From Rebecca billardiae RCC1528 (taxonomy: Eukaryota; Protista; Haptophyta): a stretch of 64,000 bases of DNA. The stretch's first letter is position 1. Every line of letters starts with the position of its first letter. The stretch covers positions 1,984,001 through 2,048,000 of the forward strand of contig OZ251228.1 in NCBI GenBank assembly GCA_965240325.2, in the 5' to 3' direction. Both the position numbers and the translations under genes were made by a program. The notes under the pieces are model-generated. The model was not told the DNA's origin. It did no database searches and saw only the letters and a program-made list of their open reading frames with translations. Of the stretch, positions 1-11,459 are shown in pieces.

Positions 1-31
1 TAAAAGAATTCTACGTACTACACACGTGCGC

Positions 32-963
32 GCGCCCACCCGGCCTGTTTTATTTCTACCAGATTCCATTTACTATGTCACGGCGACAAACCCGTGCTCG
101 CCAGTGGGAATCGGTGTCACGCTCCGTTGGGTGTACCTCTCACGGCCGATGGCGGCCCCCACGTGCGCAAGGAATGCGATTCGTGCACTCCTCGGTGACC
201 GGTGAGTGCACGAATCCAGTTGCGGCGCTCGTCCGCCTCGTCGTTGTCGCACACGAGGTACACCCAACACCATGGGTCGGATCCCAGAACTCTCCGCGCG
301 CTCGCGCCTGCGCGGCACTGGCAGGCTTGTTCTCATCATCTTGGCCAAGACTGCAGCCTGAAAGATGCGCGAGGGCGCGTGTGCACGCCTTTCCGCGCGT
401 CATGGGTGCGCGTGGCACGCACCTTGTAATATTATACGCCGAGGAGGCCTGAGCATCCGGCCTACTAACCTTCCGCGATCACGTTCAAATGCAGGCAGCA
501 AGCTGCAAGCAAGCGCACGCCGAACGGAAGCATCTCAAGCTCGACAAGGTAGTGGCGGCGGAGCGTTTAGAGCTGGTGGCGATTGCAGTCCATCTGGCTG
601 TGAACTGGTCGCTAACTGACACGGGTGCGACGCAGCAGCCAAGGCAGAGTGCTTGCAGCTTGCAGAGGGCCTCCAGCTGCAGCGCCGGTTTGCCGCCGCT
701 CGCCGCCGCTGCATCGTGCACACTGCCGTGCACCGCGAGTGACCCCTGTGTCAAGGCGAAGCACCACGGCAAGGCGAATCAGCATGTCTGACAACACCCT
801 TCGCCACAGCGCAGCGCCTCAACACGAGAATGCGCGAATGACGTGCCATCACTTCTCCGGACTAGCTCCGGGGCCCGCACCAGCGGGCAAGCCGCCATTG
901 TACCGCGTTTTGGCGAATGTCGCCTTTGGGCTCTCGTAGAAATAAAACAGGCCCCCGTGGGCG
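32..963. mobile_element. Degenerate TIR (MITE-like) element
   Basis: cgcccacccggcctgtttttatttctac (32-59) is the imperfect inverted repeat of gtagaaataaaacaggcccccgtgggcg (936-963). ggcgaca (~82) and tgtcgcc (~918) extend the symmetry. No clear TSD and no coding capacity. Confidence 0.5.
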
Positions 964-1048
964 TGGGCCGCACGGCCTGTCATCACACTGTGTGCGCGCC
1001 ATCCGGGCGGGCATCCGATGCTGATAAGTGATACCAGCAGCATCATGA

Positions 1049-3928
1049 TCAGTCCGCCCACTCGTCTGGCGGCGTAGTCGGTGGTCCTGCACGCTTCGTC
1101 GCGCCGCCCGCGGCACGGCTGATGTCCATCGGCGCAGCGCCGGGCTCTGCTGATGCGGTTCCGACCCCTGAGCCGTCGCGGGCCACGCTGAACAAGTTCG
1201 TGCCGCGCACGCGGTTGAATGCGGCCGCGAGCTCGAGCCGGCGCGGCCGCGCGAGCGCACCCGACGTGCGCATGCCCACCGCCTCGCCGAGCGCGCGCGC
1301 GTCCATCGCGCCCTCGATCTCGTCAAGTATCTCGGGCAGCGAGCGGCCGGGGCGCATGAGCGTGCTCGCCGCGAGCTCGAGCGCGCCGCCGATCGCGCGC
1401 GCCTGCGCGCCCTCGACCAGCTGCTCGCACGCGCTCAGCTCAAGCACGCTCTCGGCGGGCGCAAACGCGGCAGCAGCCGCGCTCGAGCCGAAGCCCGCGC
1501 CCGCGCCCGCGCCCGCGGCGGAGGCTGGCTCCTCCGCCGCGCCGTCCTCGGCGTCAGCACCGCCGCCGCCGCCGCCGCCGCCGCGGCCTGTGGCCCACGC
1601 GAGCGTGCGCTCCCCACGCAGCTGCAGCCGCCCGCGCAGCAACGGCGCGAACGACGCGCCACTCGGACAGCGGCGCGCCGGTTGCCACGGCGGCTGCGCC
1701 TCGCCGCGCTCCGCCGGCGAGAGCGCGGCACATGCCAGCGGCAGCTGCGGTGCGAGCGCTGCCTCGCCTCCGCCGCGCGCCGCGATCTCCTTCGCGCGCG
1801 CCGTCGCGTCCGACGCCGCGTACTCCGTCAGCAGAATCACGCAGTCGGCCACCGCCAAGAAGTCGCCGCAGCCGCCGACGGCGATCACCACCGACACGCC
1901 CCGCTCCGAGCGCAGCGCGCGCACCTTGCTCAGCAGCGGCGTGATCGGCTCGCGCGACGACGGGACGAGCTCCCGCATGCGCCCGTCGCGGCTCCTGCGC
2001 GCGCGTGCCCACGCCGCCGCCGCGTCCGCATCGCACGCGGCGCGCACGCGCGCGCGCGCGCGCGCGAGGGCGGCGGCAGGGCGCGTTGTGAGTCGGGAGT
2101 GTGCCCGGCGAGCGCGCGCGCGCGCGTTTGCGATCGGCCGCGCGCGCCGCGCGCGCCACGCGCCGCTGCCGCGCACATGAAGTTGGTTGCACACGAGTCC
2201 TCGTCGAGCAGCAGCACGCGCGCGCCCGCCTCGAGTCCCTCCGCCACGGCGGCCGCCTGGCTGGTCGAGCCCGACGCGGCCGTGGTGCTCCACACCGCCG
2301 GCGGCCGCCCGTCCGAGAAGGGCAGCGGGCCGATGAAAGGCGAGATGTCGGTGCCACTGACCGCGCGCCCGTCCTCCGTACGCACCTTGAGGGCGGTGCT
2401 GTCTGCCACGACAAGCTCGCGCCCGTCGCCGCGCGCCTTGTCGTACACGCCGAGCTCGAGCGCGCGCAGCAGCGTGCTCTTCCCGTGGAACCCGCCGCCG
2501 ACGATCAGCGTCAGCCCCTCTCGCACGCCGAGGCCGCGCACGCGCACGGGACCGTCAGAGGCGGAGGCGGCGGCGGAGGCGGAGGGCGGCTGCGAGCGCG
2601 GGCCGACCTCGGCCGCGCCGAGCTGCAGGTGCTCGCTCAGGTCTGCGGGGCGGAGGGATGGCGCACGGCGGTGTGCGCGTCGGCGTGGTCAGCCGCATCG
2701 GCGCCCGCGCGCGAGGGGCCGCGGCGGTCATCCCGACGAGGCACAGCCATATGGGCACAACGATTCAATCATCGTGCGCGGGGCGCGGGGCGCGGAGCGC
2801 GGGGCGTGCGTGCGCGCGGCGCGGGGCGGCGCGCGGCTGAGGACAGGTGGCGCGGGCACCCACCCACGCGCACACTTGGCACACGGCGCGCGCGGGCGCT
2901 GGGGCGCAGGCGGCGCCGGGGCTTCCCCCCACCCGCGCGCGCGCACCGGTGCGCGGGATCTCCAGCTCGACGGCGAGCGAGGGCGGCGCCTCGCTCGGCC
3001 GTGCCGCGTCCGCTGGCAGTGGTGCGTCGGAGGCTCCGCTCGCGCGCGGCAAGATGGCGCCGTCGCCGACGAAGGCGACGAGGCCGTGTGCGCGCAGCGC
3101 GTCGCGGAGGGCGGACTGCGCCTCGGAGGAGGCGACGTGCGCGTAGAGCGCGTGCGAGCTCAGCGAGCGCGTGACGAGCGCGGCGCTCACCAGCGCAGGC
3201 AGCGTGCCCGTGAGCACACGCGCCGCCCACGCGCCGAGCGCGGTGCGCCCTGCCGCGGGCAGCCCGACGCCGAAGCGGGCGTGCACGCGGCCGTCGGCGG
3301 TGAGCTCGACGGCGGAGCGCTCGAGGACGTGCTGCGACGGCCGCGCGATCACGATCTCCCCGCCCTTCCCGCCCCGCCACCCGCCCGCGTCCGCGCGCTC
3401 ATGCGCGCCCGCGGCCGCGGCCGCTCCGAAGAAAACTCGAAGCATGAAGTCAGCGACGGCGGTGCGGCGCACGCGCGTGGAGAGGAGGGCGGGCGGCACG
3501 CCGGCGTGCGCGGCGTCCACCACCACGCGCGCCGCCGACGGCGGCGCGTACGCGTCCGACTGCACCCGCTCGAACGCCAGCTCGAAACCGCCGAGCGCCC
3601 AGCGCGCGCGCGTCAGGTCCTTGTATGCGCCGTACGGTTTGCCGTCGATGCGCTGGAGCTCGGCGGTGAGCGCGGCGGCGTCGAGGGTTGGGAGAGCGTC
3701 GACGGAGACGCCCTGCGGCCCGCCGCCGTCCGCGCCGAAGCCGCCGTGCCGACCGCCGCCACCGCCGCCGCGCCCGCCACCCGACCAGCCGCCGCCGCCG
3801 CCGCCGTATCCAGACCCACCGCCAGCGCCACCGCGCCCTCGGCCGCCGCCACCGTACCCGCCGCCACCGCCGCGCGCGCCGCGCCCGCCCCCGTACTTGT
3901 TACGGTAGTACTCGCCCCGGCCAGACAT
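1049..3928 (-). CDS. Predicted ATPase of the ABC class (ABC_ATPase / MRB1590-like) with N-terminal RGG-rich tail; introns 2643-2946 and 1995-2176
   Basis: Motifs IDGKPYGAYKDL, VQSDAYAPPS, LVAFVGDGAILPRASG, Walker A IVGGGFHGKSTLL, ASGSTSQAA, Walker B LLLDEDSCATNFM-SRDGRM, and LARPRRLELAAAFNRVR. GT-AG introns join three ORF-track frames. Confidence 0.9.
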
Positions 3929-4027
3929 CCCGCGTCGCGCTTGCCGGATTCGGCGTCGCGTGGGCGTGTGACGACGCGACGAACGGCGGGCACGCTTCGC
4001 GCGCTGGACGCGAGGCCATTCGGTAGG

Positions 4028-5788
4028 ATGGCGGCGGAGCACTTCGATCCATGGCGCTGCAGCGACACGCGCGAGGCGCTCTTGAATGCCCTCGCGCAGC
4101 GTGGCCTCGATGAGAGTGGCGCATGCGCACTGCTACTCGACCTTCGCACGAGCATGCGCGACAGCGCCGACGACGCTGACGCCGATGCCCACACAGCCAC
4201 CGCCACATCAGCCGCGCACGGACCGACGGGTGCAGACGCCTCCGAGCTCCACAATCCCGTGGAGCCTCCGCTCGTTCGCGCCGAGCTCGCGTTGGCGCTC
4301 GCGCTCGCGCATGGGCTCGATCCGCGGCCGACCGCCCTCGCCCTGGTCGACGAGCGCGGCCGCACAATCTGCCGCGCGTGCGCATTCCGCGCGGACGGGG
4401 AGTGCGGCGGTGTGAAGCGGCTTGGCACGCGCAGCAGGCTCGTGCACGCGCCGACCGAGCGCGCGCGCGAGCTCGCCAAGGCGAGCGTCTCATCGGCGAA
4501 GGCCGAGGCGCTGGCCGCCGCGGCCGCCGCGGAGGCCGCGGCCGCGGCCGCGCTGCGCATGCCCCAGCCCGCGTGGCTCGAGGCGCGGCGCTCGTTCCAC
4601 GTTGTCCGGTTCGACACGCGCGCACACCCGCTGCGCGAAGCCATGGCGGCGGTGCTGGAGCTCGAGCGCTGGTTCGGCGCGTACGGCGCCGATGGGGGCG
4701 GAGGAGAGGCGTCGGCGGACGAGCTCGAGCGCCGGCTGTGCGCATTGCACACGATCCCGCTCGGCGGCCCGGTGCCGCGCAGCCCGGCGCTGCTGCGTGG
4801 CCTGACGCTGGCCGGGGCGCGACTGCCGACCGGCTGGCGCGCGGCGCGCCGGCCTGGGCAGAAGCGCGCGCGGCAGCTCGCGGCGCTGCACGCGTCGAGC
4901 GAGTGGCAGCGGCTCGTGGACGTGGTGGACGGCCTCGTCGCGTGCGTCCTCGGCCCGCTCAGCACGCGCGCCTCGAGCCCCGTCGGCAGCTGCGCCGCGG
5001 TCGATGTGACGACGCAGCACTGGCCGTGGCCGCGCAACGGCGGCGAGGCTGCAGCACGCGAGGACGGCGGCGTGGCCGAGGCCGCGGCAGCGAGCGCAGC
5101 AGAGGCGGGCGGCTGCGCGCCGGCCGTGCCTGCGCGCCCGCGCCGGCTGCTCGTCGCCTCCTCGAAGGGGCAGCCAGACAGCCGCGCGCCAGCTCCCCCC
5201 GACCCCTCGCCCACGGCCGCAGCGGCAGCCATTGCCCCCGCGGAGGGCCCGCCCACGGCCGCAGCAGCAGCCATCGCTCCCGCGGAGGGCCCGCCGACGG
5301 AGCGCGGCGCCGGCGCTGGGAACGCCGATGCGCCGGCGGCCGAGCGAGCGCTCGCCGACTCTGCGGCGGTGGCGGGCTCGCCGCGCGCACTCGCGCCCGC
5401 CTCGCCCAGCGCCGTCGTGTACCAGCGCCCTCCGAGCGTGCGCGTGCACTGCGCGGGTGGCCAGCCCACGATCGGCCTCCACTGCGACTCGGAGTACCCT
5501 CAGCACGAGGGGTGCGAGGTCAACTGGTGGCTGCCGCTCACGCGCGCGGCCGGGACGAGCGCGCTGTGGCTGGAGTCCGCGCCTGGCGCGGGCGACTTCG
5601 CGCCGATCGAGGTGGAGTACGGCAGCGCCGTGCGCTTCAACGGCTGCCGCTGCCGCCACTTTGCGATGCGCAACGAGACCGGGCGCACGCGCGTCTCGGT
5701 CGACCTCCGCATCGCGCCCGCCGAGCTGTGGCAGGGGCACCACGGGGACCGGATCGGGGACTACCCGGCAGCGCGCGCTGAGTTGTAA
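4028..5788 (+). CDS. 2OG-Fe(II) dioxygenase-like protein (StrG/PhyH-like C-terminal domain), intronless
   Basis: C-terminal YQRPPSVRVH...IGLHCDSEY...EVNWWLPLT...RHFAMRNETGRTRVSVDLRI gives the HxD...H...RxS pattern. Start placed at ATG 4028, because the ORF upstream of it is antisense to the ATPase gene. Confidence 0.7.
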   Translation: MAAEHFDPWRCSDTREALLNALAQRGLDESGACALLLDLRTSMRDSADDADADAHTATATSAAHGPTGADASELHNPVEPPLVRAELALALALAHGLDPRPTALALVDERGRTICRACAFRADGECGGVKRLGTRSRLVHAPTERARELAKASVSSAKAEALAAAAAAEAAAAAALRMPQPAWLEARRSFHVVRFDTRAHPLREAMAAVLELERWFGAYGADGGGGEASADELERRLCALHTIPLGGPVPRSPALLRGLTLAGARLPTGWRAARRPGQKRARQLAALHASSEWQRLVDVVDGLVACVLGPLSTRASSPVGSCAAVDVTTQHWPWPRNGGEAAAREDGGVAEAAAASAAEAGGCAPAVPARPRRLLVASSKGQPDSRAPAPPDPSPTAAAAAIAPAEGPPTAAAAAIAPAEGPPTERGAGAGNADAPAAERALADSAAVAGSPRALAPASPSAVVYQRPPSVRVHCAGGQPTIGLHCDSEYPQHEGCEVNWWLPLTRAAGTSALWLESAPGAGDFAPIEVEYGSAVRFNGCRCRHFAMRNETGRTRVSVDLRIAPAELWQGHHGDRIGDYPAARAEL

Positions 5789-6014
5789 TAAATAAATAAC
5801 GATTCACTCATCACTACTACGACTGATGAAATATATATTGTTAACTATATCATCATTGGCCGATTGGGCTTGGCGCCGGACAGTCTCACGGTCGGGTCCC
5901 ACGCCGGTAATAATATCGGTACTTGACTCGCCGCGCGCGTGCGGCGGCGGCGGCGGCGTCAGACGGAGCTGCGCGCGTGCGATGGCGTGGCCCCGCGGCA
6001 GGTGCCTGTCAGGC

Positions 6015-6855
6015 TCACAGCACACGCACCTTGTCCATGCCCTGCCGCACCTTGGGGTAGTCCCCCGGCCGCACGGTCGGCGTGGTGCCGATCGTCCGCA
6101 GCACGCTGTCACCCTCGATCATCTTGCCGAATGTTGTGTACTTGCCGTCCAGGCTGCGGTGGCGGGGGGCGAGGCGCGGTGGGACGGGCCATCGTCATGG
6201 CGGGCGGGGCGGCAAGGGGCGGTCGCGGCCACGCGCGCTCGGCGCACGCCAGCCGCGCACTCGCCCCGCACGCGCGCGGCGCGCACCTAGGCAGGTCGCC
6301 AAGGCAGACGAAGAACTGGCTGCCGGCCGAGTTCGGGTCTGCGGCGCGCGCCATGCTGAGCACGCCGAACGTGTGCTTGCGCTCGTTGAACTCCGCGTTC
6401 ACGTTGTACCCGGGGCCGCCGGTGCCGAGCCGACGGATCGCGCCAAAGTCCGTCCCAAGCCAGTTCCCGTTCGAGTCGTACAGGCTTCCGTTCTTGCTGT
6501 TGGGGTCGCCGCCCTGGATCACGAAGCCCGGGATGATGCGGTGGAACATCTGGCCGTCGAAGAATCCCTCGTTTGCGAGCTTGATGAAGTTCTCCACGGT
6601 CTTCGGAGCGACGTCAGGCCAGAGCTCAAATCGCATCACGCCAGCATTTGTCTCGATGGACACGCGAGGCGCGTTGGCGAGCTCGCCATCGGCTGCGCCT
6701 GCCGCCCCAGGGAGCACGTGAGCGACAGCGGCGGCGCCGCCAGCCGCCGCCACCTCCCGGCGCGTGCGCCCCCCTCCATGCGCATGCCCGTGGCCGTGCC
6801 CGTGACGGGACGACACAAGCCCGAGGGCGGCAAGCAAGAGCGCGCTGGCCGCCAT
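6015..6855 (-). CDS. Cyclophilin-type peptidyl-prolyl cis-trans isomerase with N-terminal signal/targeting peptide; intron 6154-6286
   Basis: APKTVENF, FHRIIPGFVIQGGDP, GVLSMARAADPNSAGSQFFV. After splicing it reads LPSLDGKYTTFGKMIEG...DYPKVRQGMDKVRVL*. Confidence 0.93.
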
Positions 6856-6990
6856 AGCGCCCGAGATTTGCTGGCCTGTTCGGCGCCTCGCCGCTGGGAT
6901 CTGCGGTCGCGAACCTGGGTTGCGGCAACTGACACGACGGGTAATAAGTAAGCCAAAAAAGACGCGAAATCACGATTCACGAAAATACAT

Positions 6991-8118
6991 ATGGCCTACA
7001 ACGATGGCGGCGGCTCGCGCAGGCTGTTCCTCGTGAGCCTGGTTGGTTGCTGGCCGCGCGCAGGTGCGGCGCCGAGGTGCACGTGCGGCTCGACATGGCT
7101 GAACTTTGCGCAGTGCATCGACGCGCGTGGGCAGACGGCCCCGTCCGCTCGGCGCTTCATACAAGTCGGCGCTTACGGCGGCAGCAGCCCTAACGCAGAG
7201 ATGGGCCGCGTGCTCGCGGGCTGGGAGGGCCTGCTCATCGAGGCGGATCCGGACACGTTCGAGGCGCTGACGCGCACGCGCTGCGCCAGCGGTAGCCCGC
7301 ACCTCTGCGTCAATCGGGCCATCTGCCCCGAGGGCGGCGGCAATCGCACTTTCTTCCGGCTCAGCCCCGATGTCGACCGCAGGACGCTCGTCGACCGGCG
7401 CACGGGCGCCACGTTCCCGCCGTACGTGGCGCAGCTCGGCTCTTTCGTCGAGGGCCACATCGAGTCGCACTGGCGCGCGTGGCGGGCTGAGTACCCGCGC
7501 ATCAACATCAGCGAGTACGTCGTGCGCACGCCCGTCCGGTGCGCGAGCGTCGCCGAGCTGCTGGAGGAGCCGCCGATGCGACGGTTCCGCTCGGCAGAGC
7601 TCCTGCTGATTGACACGGAGGGGATGGACGGCGAGATCGCGCGCAGCGCGCTGGCGGCGATGGCTCGCGGCGGTTCCGCCGATGCCACCGCGCGCGGCTT
7701 CGCCCCAACCTTTCTTGTCTTCGAGCGCCGCCACCTGAGCGCCGACGATGCCGAGAGCGCGCTGCGAGCGCTGCGCGCGCGGGGCTTCCGAACGGCGCGC
7801 ACACGCGCCGACATTGTGCGCGCGCTCGGAGCGCGCGTGGAGGGCGAGGCGCTGCCCTCCGAGCTGGCGCGCGCGTTCCACACCATCCGCTCCCGCTCGC
7901 GCAAGGCGTGGCGCCGGAGGCCATGCGGGCCGTTCCGTGCAGAGATGGGCGGCTTTGAGAACATTCTCGCGTACCACGCGCGCCGTGCGAACGCGACTGG
8001 CGCGGAGACGTGTGCGCACCTGCGCTGTCGAGAGCCGTCGCCCAGCGAGCTGCGCGCAATCGCAGCGCACCTGCTCTCCGATGTGCCCATCGACGTCGCC
8101 CCCGCGTCTGGACGCTGA
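6991..8118 (+). CDS. FkbM-family (Methyltransf_21-like) SAM-dependent methyltransferase, intronless
   Basis: FIQVGAYGG, WEGLLIEADP, VNRAI, LLLIDTEGMD and PTFLVFE motifs; hydrophobic N-terminus. Confidence 0.75.
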   Translation: MAYNDGGGSRRLFLVSLVGCWPRAGAAPRCTCGSTWLNFAQCIDARGQTAPSARRFIQVGAYGGSSPNAEMGRVLAGWEGLLIEADPDTFEALTRTRCASGSPHLCVNRAICPEGGGNRTFFRLSPDVDRRTLVDRRTGATFPPYVAQLGSFVEGHIESHWRAWRAEYPRINISEYVVRTPVRCASVAELLEEPPMRRFRSAELLLIDTEGMDGEIARSALAAMARGGSADATARGFAPTFLVFERRHLSADDAESALRALRARGFRTARTRADIVRALGARVEGEALPSELARAFHTIRSRSRKAWRRRPCGPFRAEMGGFENILAYHARRANATGAETCAHLRCREPSPSELRAIAAHLLSDVPIDVAPASGR

Positions 8119-8366
8119 CGCCTGACGGCTCAGGGAGCGACACCTGGGTACATCAGTAGCCGACGACTTCATACTTATTCACTCTCTTAGCCGTCACTAG
8201 TAGCAGTAGTAGTCTGTAGTACAGTATCGTCACTGCGGCCGGGTAAAAAAGCACCACGACTTCGTCCACGTCTCCACGAGGCAACGTTTTCCGACTTTCA
8301 ACTTCCGAGACGAGACTCACGAGACGGCCGGAGCACCGTCCAGGGTCCAGCGAGGCGGATTCCGCC

Positions 8367-8801
8367 ATGATGCTCCGTGCCGTCTATGGTCGCCGGCAGT
8401 CGATGCTCCGCCTCGGGCGCCGATGGGCCTCGCAGCCATCAAAGGGCGGACAGCAGGTTGACGAGGAAACCGTGCGACGGCTCGCCGAGGAGAATCGCCG
8501 CGCGGAGCAGATGTGGAACACGCTCGTACCCGAGCGCCAGATTGACAAGCGTGGTGTCGGCTTGCTGATTGTGGCGATCATCGCGCTGCACACGTACAAC
8601 AGGTACAACATGCAGCGGGAAGCCGAGGTAGACAGCCTACCGGAAGGTGCGAAGGAGCAGCTCCCGAACGGCTCTTACCTGATGAAGGATGGCTCCATCC
8701 AACAAATCGACCACACACCCACGAAGATGACGGTCGTGGAGACGCCAAAGGAATCGACACTGATGCTCGACAAAATGATCTCCTGGGCGCGCAAGGACTA
8801 G
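8367..8801 (+). CDS. Small single-pass membrane protein, probably mitochondrial; function unknown
   Basis: 144-aa ORF with protein-like composition, an Arg/Ser-rich presequence (MLRAVYGRRQSMLRLGRRWAS) and one hydrophobic helix (GVGLLIVAIIALHTY). Confidence 0.7.
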   Translation: MMLRAVYGRRQSMLRLGRRWASQPSKGGQQVDEETVRRLAEENRRAEQMWNTLVPERQIDKRGVGLLIVAIIALHTYNRYNMQREAEVDSLPEGAKEQLPNGSYLMKDGSIQQIDHTPTKMTVVETPKESTLMLDKMISWARKD

Positions 8802-9476
8802 CACGCCGGCTTACAGCCGATGGCGCGCTCCTACAGTGCCATCGGACCCGCGCACCCTCGCCGCTAGGCCCTTGGCGTCGACCAACTGCTAGGATCGGCG
8901 CTGGCTGCTGCATCGGGCGCATCCCGCGGCATTAACGGACAGTGAGTCCGAATGGCACAGTGTAAACTCGGTGAAGGACCCTGCTAAGCGTGCCAGGGGC
9001 AGACTAATGTTGCACAGCCATCATCACCGCTGCAGATGCTTGATGCAAATGCTGCTACCGCGCGCATCATCGTGTTGCCATAGTCCTCAGTGCGACTCCG
9101 ACTATAACGTTCCGGGTGCGCCGCAACGCTAGGTCGCCGCTAGGCTGTGTCTAAGCGCATTTAAGTCCGGTAGGCGGCACGTATACAATCTCGATTATAG
9201 TCGTTATATCATATATACCGTTATTGCTATATATAATCATGGTATATATATAGCATGTTACTAATAATGCCCCGGCGCGTGCTCACTAGCTGGGTGACAG
9301 CTGTCAGAGTGGGCGTCAAGTCTCGCCTGCCTGAGCCACGGCTGAGCTGTGTGCGTCCGCCTTATTCATTAGTCAGCTAGAAACTGATGTCACACTGCGT
9401 GTTGTGTCTTGTGAGGCGCGGGCAACTGCCAACAGCAACTCCGCAACTCAGGCGCCGAGTGACGATGCATATCATT

Positions 9477-9479
<3 letters not shown>

Positions 9480-9551
<72 letters not shown>
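9480..9551. repeat. (TA)n microsatellite
   Basis: About 35 perfect TA units. Confidence 0.98.
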
Positions 9552-9554
<3 letters not shown>

Positions 9555-9767
9555 ATCTTCGACTAGTGACGACGCGGACTGTCTGATCGGACTCGCGCCG
9601 TATTCTGTATCAGTAACATAGTTAGTAAGCTCGTAAGTAGTAACTAGTGTGCGCGCATTCTTGCACATGCAATGATAATGCACTTGCAGGTCCATCAGCC
9701 GGCTAGGTCGCGAAACGATAAATAATATATCGATCCCCAGCAGATGCGGAGGCTGGCACGTCCCCCC

Positions 9768-11459
9768 TCAGTTGACAGCGGGCTCCCATTGAGCGGGGAG
9801 GAACTTGACATAGGTCGCCCCGAGGGCGTCGATTTTCGTGCCGGACCTGCCCTTCAGTGCGATCAGTACATAGTCCTCATCTGGCGGGCTGAGGGAGAAT
9901 GGGCCGCCTCCGCCATTTCCCCCTGCAATGAACGGGGCCCTGCCGTCGTTGAACTTGACCTCAATCTTGTCGACAAAAGCGCCAGTCCAAAGGTCGACCT
10001 TGCTGATGCCAGAACCGGAATGATCAAAATGGCCCGACTCATGCCCCACTCGATCGCCGTAGTGCATCTCTCGCAGGTTGCCCTTGTGCTCATAGACGAT
10101 GTGCAGCTGCCTCCAGTATGCCATCGGACCGTCTAGGAAGACCCAGAAGTTCTTCAGAGGTAGCTTGTTGTTGAGTGTGACTAGCACGTCGCCGCCGCCG
10201 AGATCGTGCAGGTTGTCCCAAGTGACTCCGCCTGGCCCGCCCTCGATGTGCGTGCGGTGCGTGAGCACTTCAAGTTGCGGGGTGCCCTTGTGTGCGTAGC
10301 TCACATCGGGCCGAGTCACCTCATAGAAAGGGTTGCTGAAGTAGGTGTTCATCAGATTCACTATCTCGTCCGCTTGCGCCACCGCTGCAGCCCGATGGTC
10401 CTTCAGCTCGGGGTCTGCATGGCTCTTCTCGTATGCCTCGTATACCTCCTCGATCGACTTGATCGAGCCGACCACAGCGTCGATCCTGGCCAGGCAGTTG
10501 ATGAGCGGAAGCTTCTCCTGCGGCTGACGGTGCGCGTCTGCAAACTTGAGCGCGTTGAGCTCGATCTGCTCGAAGCGTGCGCGCGGCAGCGACGAGAGCG
10601 TCGAGTAGAACCGGGTGTTCCAGTCCAGCGTTGCGTCGCCGTCCTTGGCCTTTTCTGGGAACTCGAGCGCGTACGCCACGATGCCGTCCTTGTCAGGCAT
10701 GGCACCGTTGTACCCAAAAGCCTGCTGCTCAAAGTGTGTGTGTGTGAAGGTTTCCTTCACGTAGTTGTTGAGCTCAGTGCTGACCTGAGCACTGAGCGTG
10801 GCGCCTCCCACGATGCCTTTCGCCTTCAGCTCCCCTGTGATCCTCGTCTGCTCCTCGCGCGTCGTCGAGCGCAGGATGTAGGTCGCGTAGTATGCGGCAC
10901 CTCTGTTCACCTCAAAGACGTAGCTGTCGCCGTGCGTGCGGTACCACGCGCGAACTGACTCGTCGTCGTCGGCAGGCGGCTCGCCGACCAGCTTCGGCTC
11001 AGACGTCAGGCGATGCCGCCGCGACACCACCGACTTCACCACGATGGCCACGTTGTGGCTCTTGACGTTGAGCTTCTTGAAATAAGAGGCCTTGGTGCCG
11101 GCAGAGAATGTGAGGTAGGAGACCTCTGCCTGTGCGTTGATCTCGAGAGAAGACGCGACCTCACTCTCCGAGGTGCACACGTCAATCACCACGGTGGTCC
11201 GGCTGTCCTGCGTCACCTCATCGCCGTCTTGCACTGCCTTCGTCATCGCCTGCGAGAAGACCGAGTTCACGCCCTCACGCAAGGACACGGGCGGGCTGAT
11301 GATTTGGGAGAGGGTCTGGTTGCTCGCGTGCTGCCCGCCATTCGGGCTCGAGTCAAGTCGACCAGGCGGCGCCGCGGAGGCCAGGCCGCGCAGTACGACC
11401 AGCGCGAGCGCGAGGACCGTGGCCACGGCGGCCGTGACGAGCAGGTCGGAGCGCTTCAT
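9768..11459 (-). CDS. Secreted/anchored protein with MACPF-like N-terminal domain and C-terminal jacalin-like lectin domain, intronless
   Basis: N-terminal hydrophobic segment. WYRTHGDSYVFEVNRGAAYY resembles the MACPF Y/W-G-T/S-H-F/Y-x6-GG signature. The C-terminus has jacalin motifs GGPGG...W, GGNGGGPFSL and IALKGRSGTKIDALGATY. Confidence 0.75.
   Translation of the reverse strand: MKRSDLLVTAAVATVLALALVVLRGLASAAPPGRLDSSPNGGQHASNQTLSQIISPPVSLREGVNSVFSQAMTKAVQDGDEVTQDSRTTVVIDVCTSESEVASSLEINAQAEVSYLTFSAGTKASYFKKLNVKSHNVAIVVKSVVSRRHRLTSEPKLVGEPPADDDESVRAWYRTHGDSYVFEVNRGAAYYATYILRSTTREEQTRITGELKAKGIVGGATLSAQVSTELNNYVKETFTHTHFEQQAFGYNGAMPDKDGIVAYALEFPEKAKDGDATLDWNTRFYSTLSSLPRARFEQIELNALKFADAHRQPQEKLPLINCLARIDAVVGSIKSIEEVYEAYEKSHADPELKDHRAAAVAQADEIVNLMNTYFSNPFYEVTRPDVSYAHKGTPQLEVLTHRTHIEGGPGGVTWDNLHDLGGGDVLVTLNNKLPLKNFWVFLDGPMAYWRQLHIVYEHKGNLREMHYGDRVGHESGHFDHSGSGISKVDLWTGAFVDKIEVKFNDGRAPFIAGGNGGGGPFSLSPPDEDYVLIALKGRSGTKIDALGATYVKFLPAQWEPAVN

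Noticed and set aside
1682-4027. N-terminal ~780 aa of the 1368-aa + strand ORF
   Set aside because: It is antisense to the ATPase gene; stop-free only because of extreme GC content.
9480-9695. ORFs with IYIYIY runs (also 63524-63751)
   Set aside because: Translations of (TA)n microsatellites.
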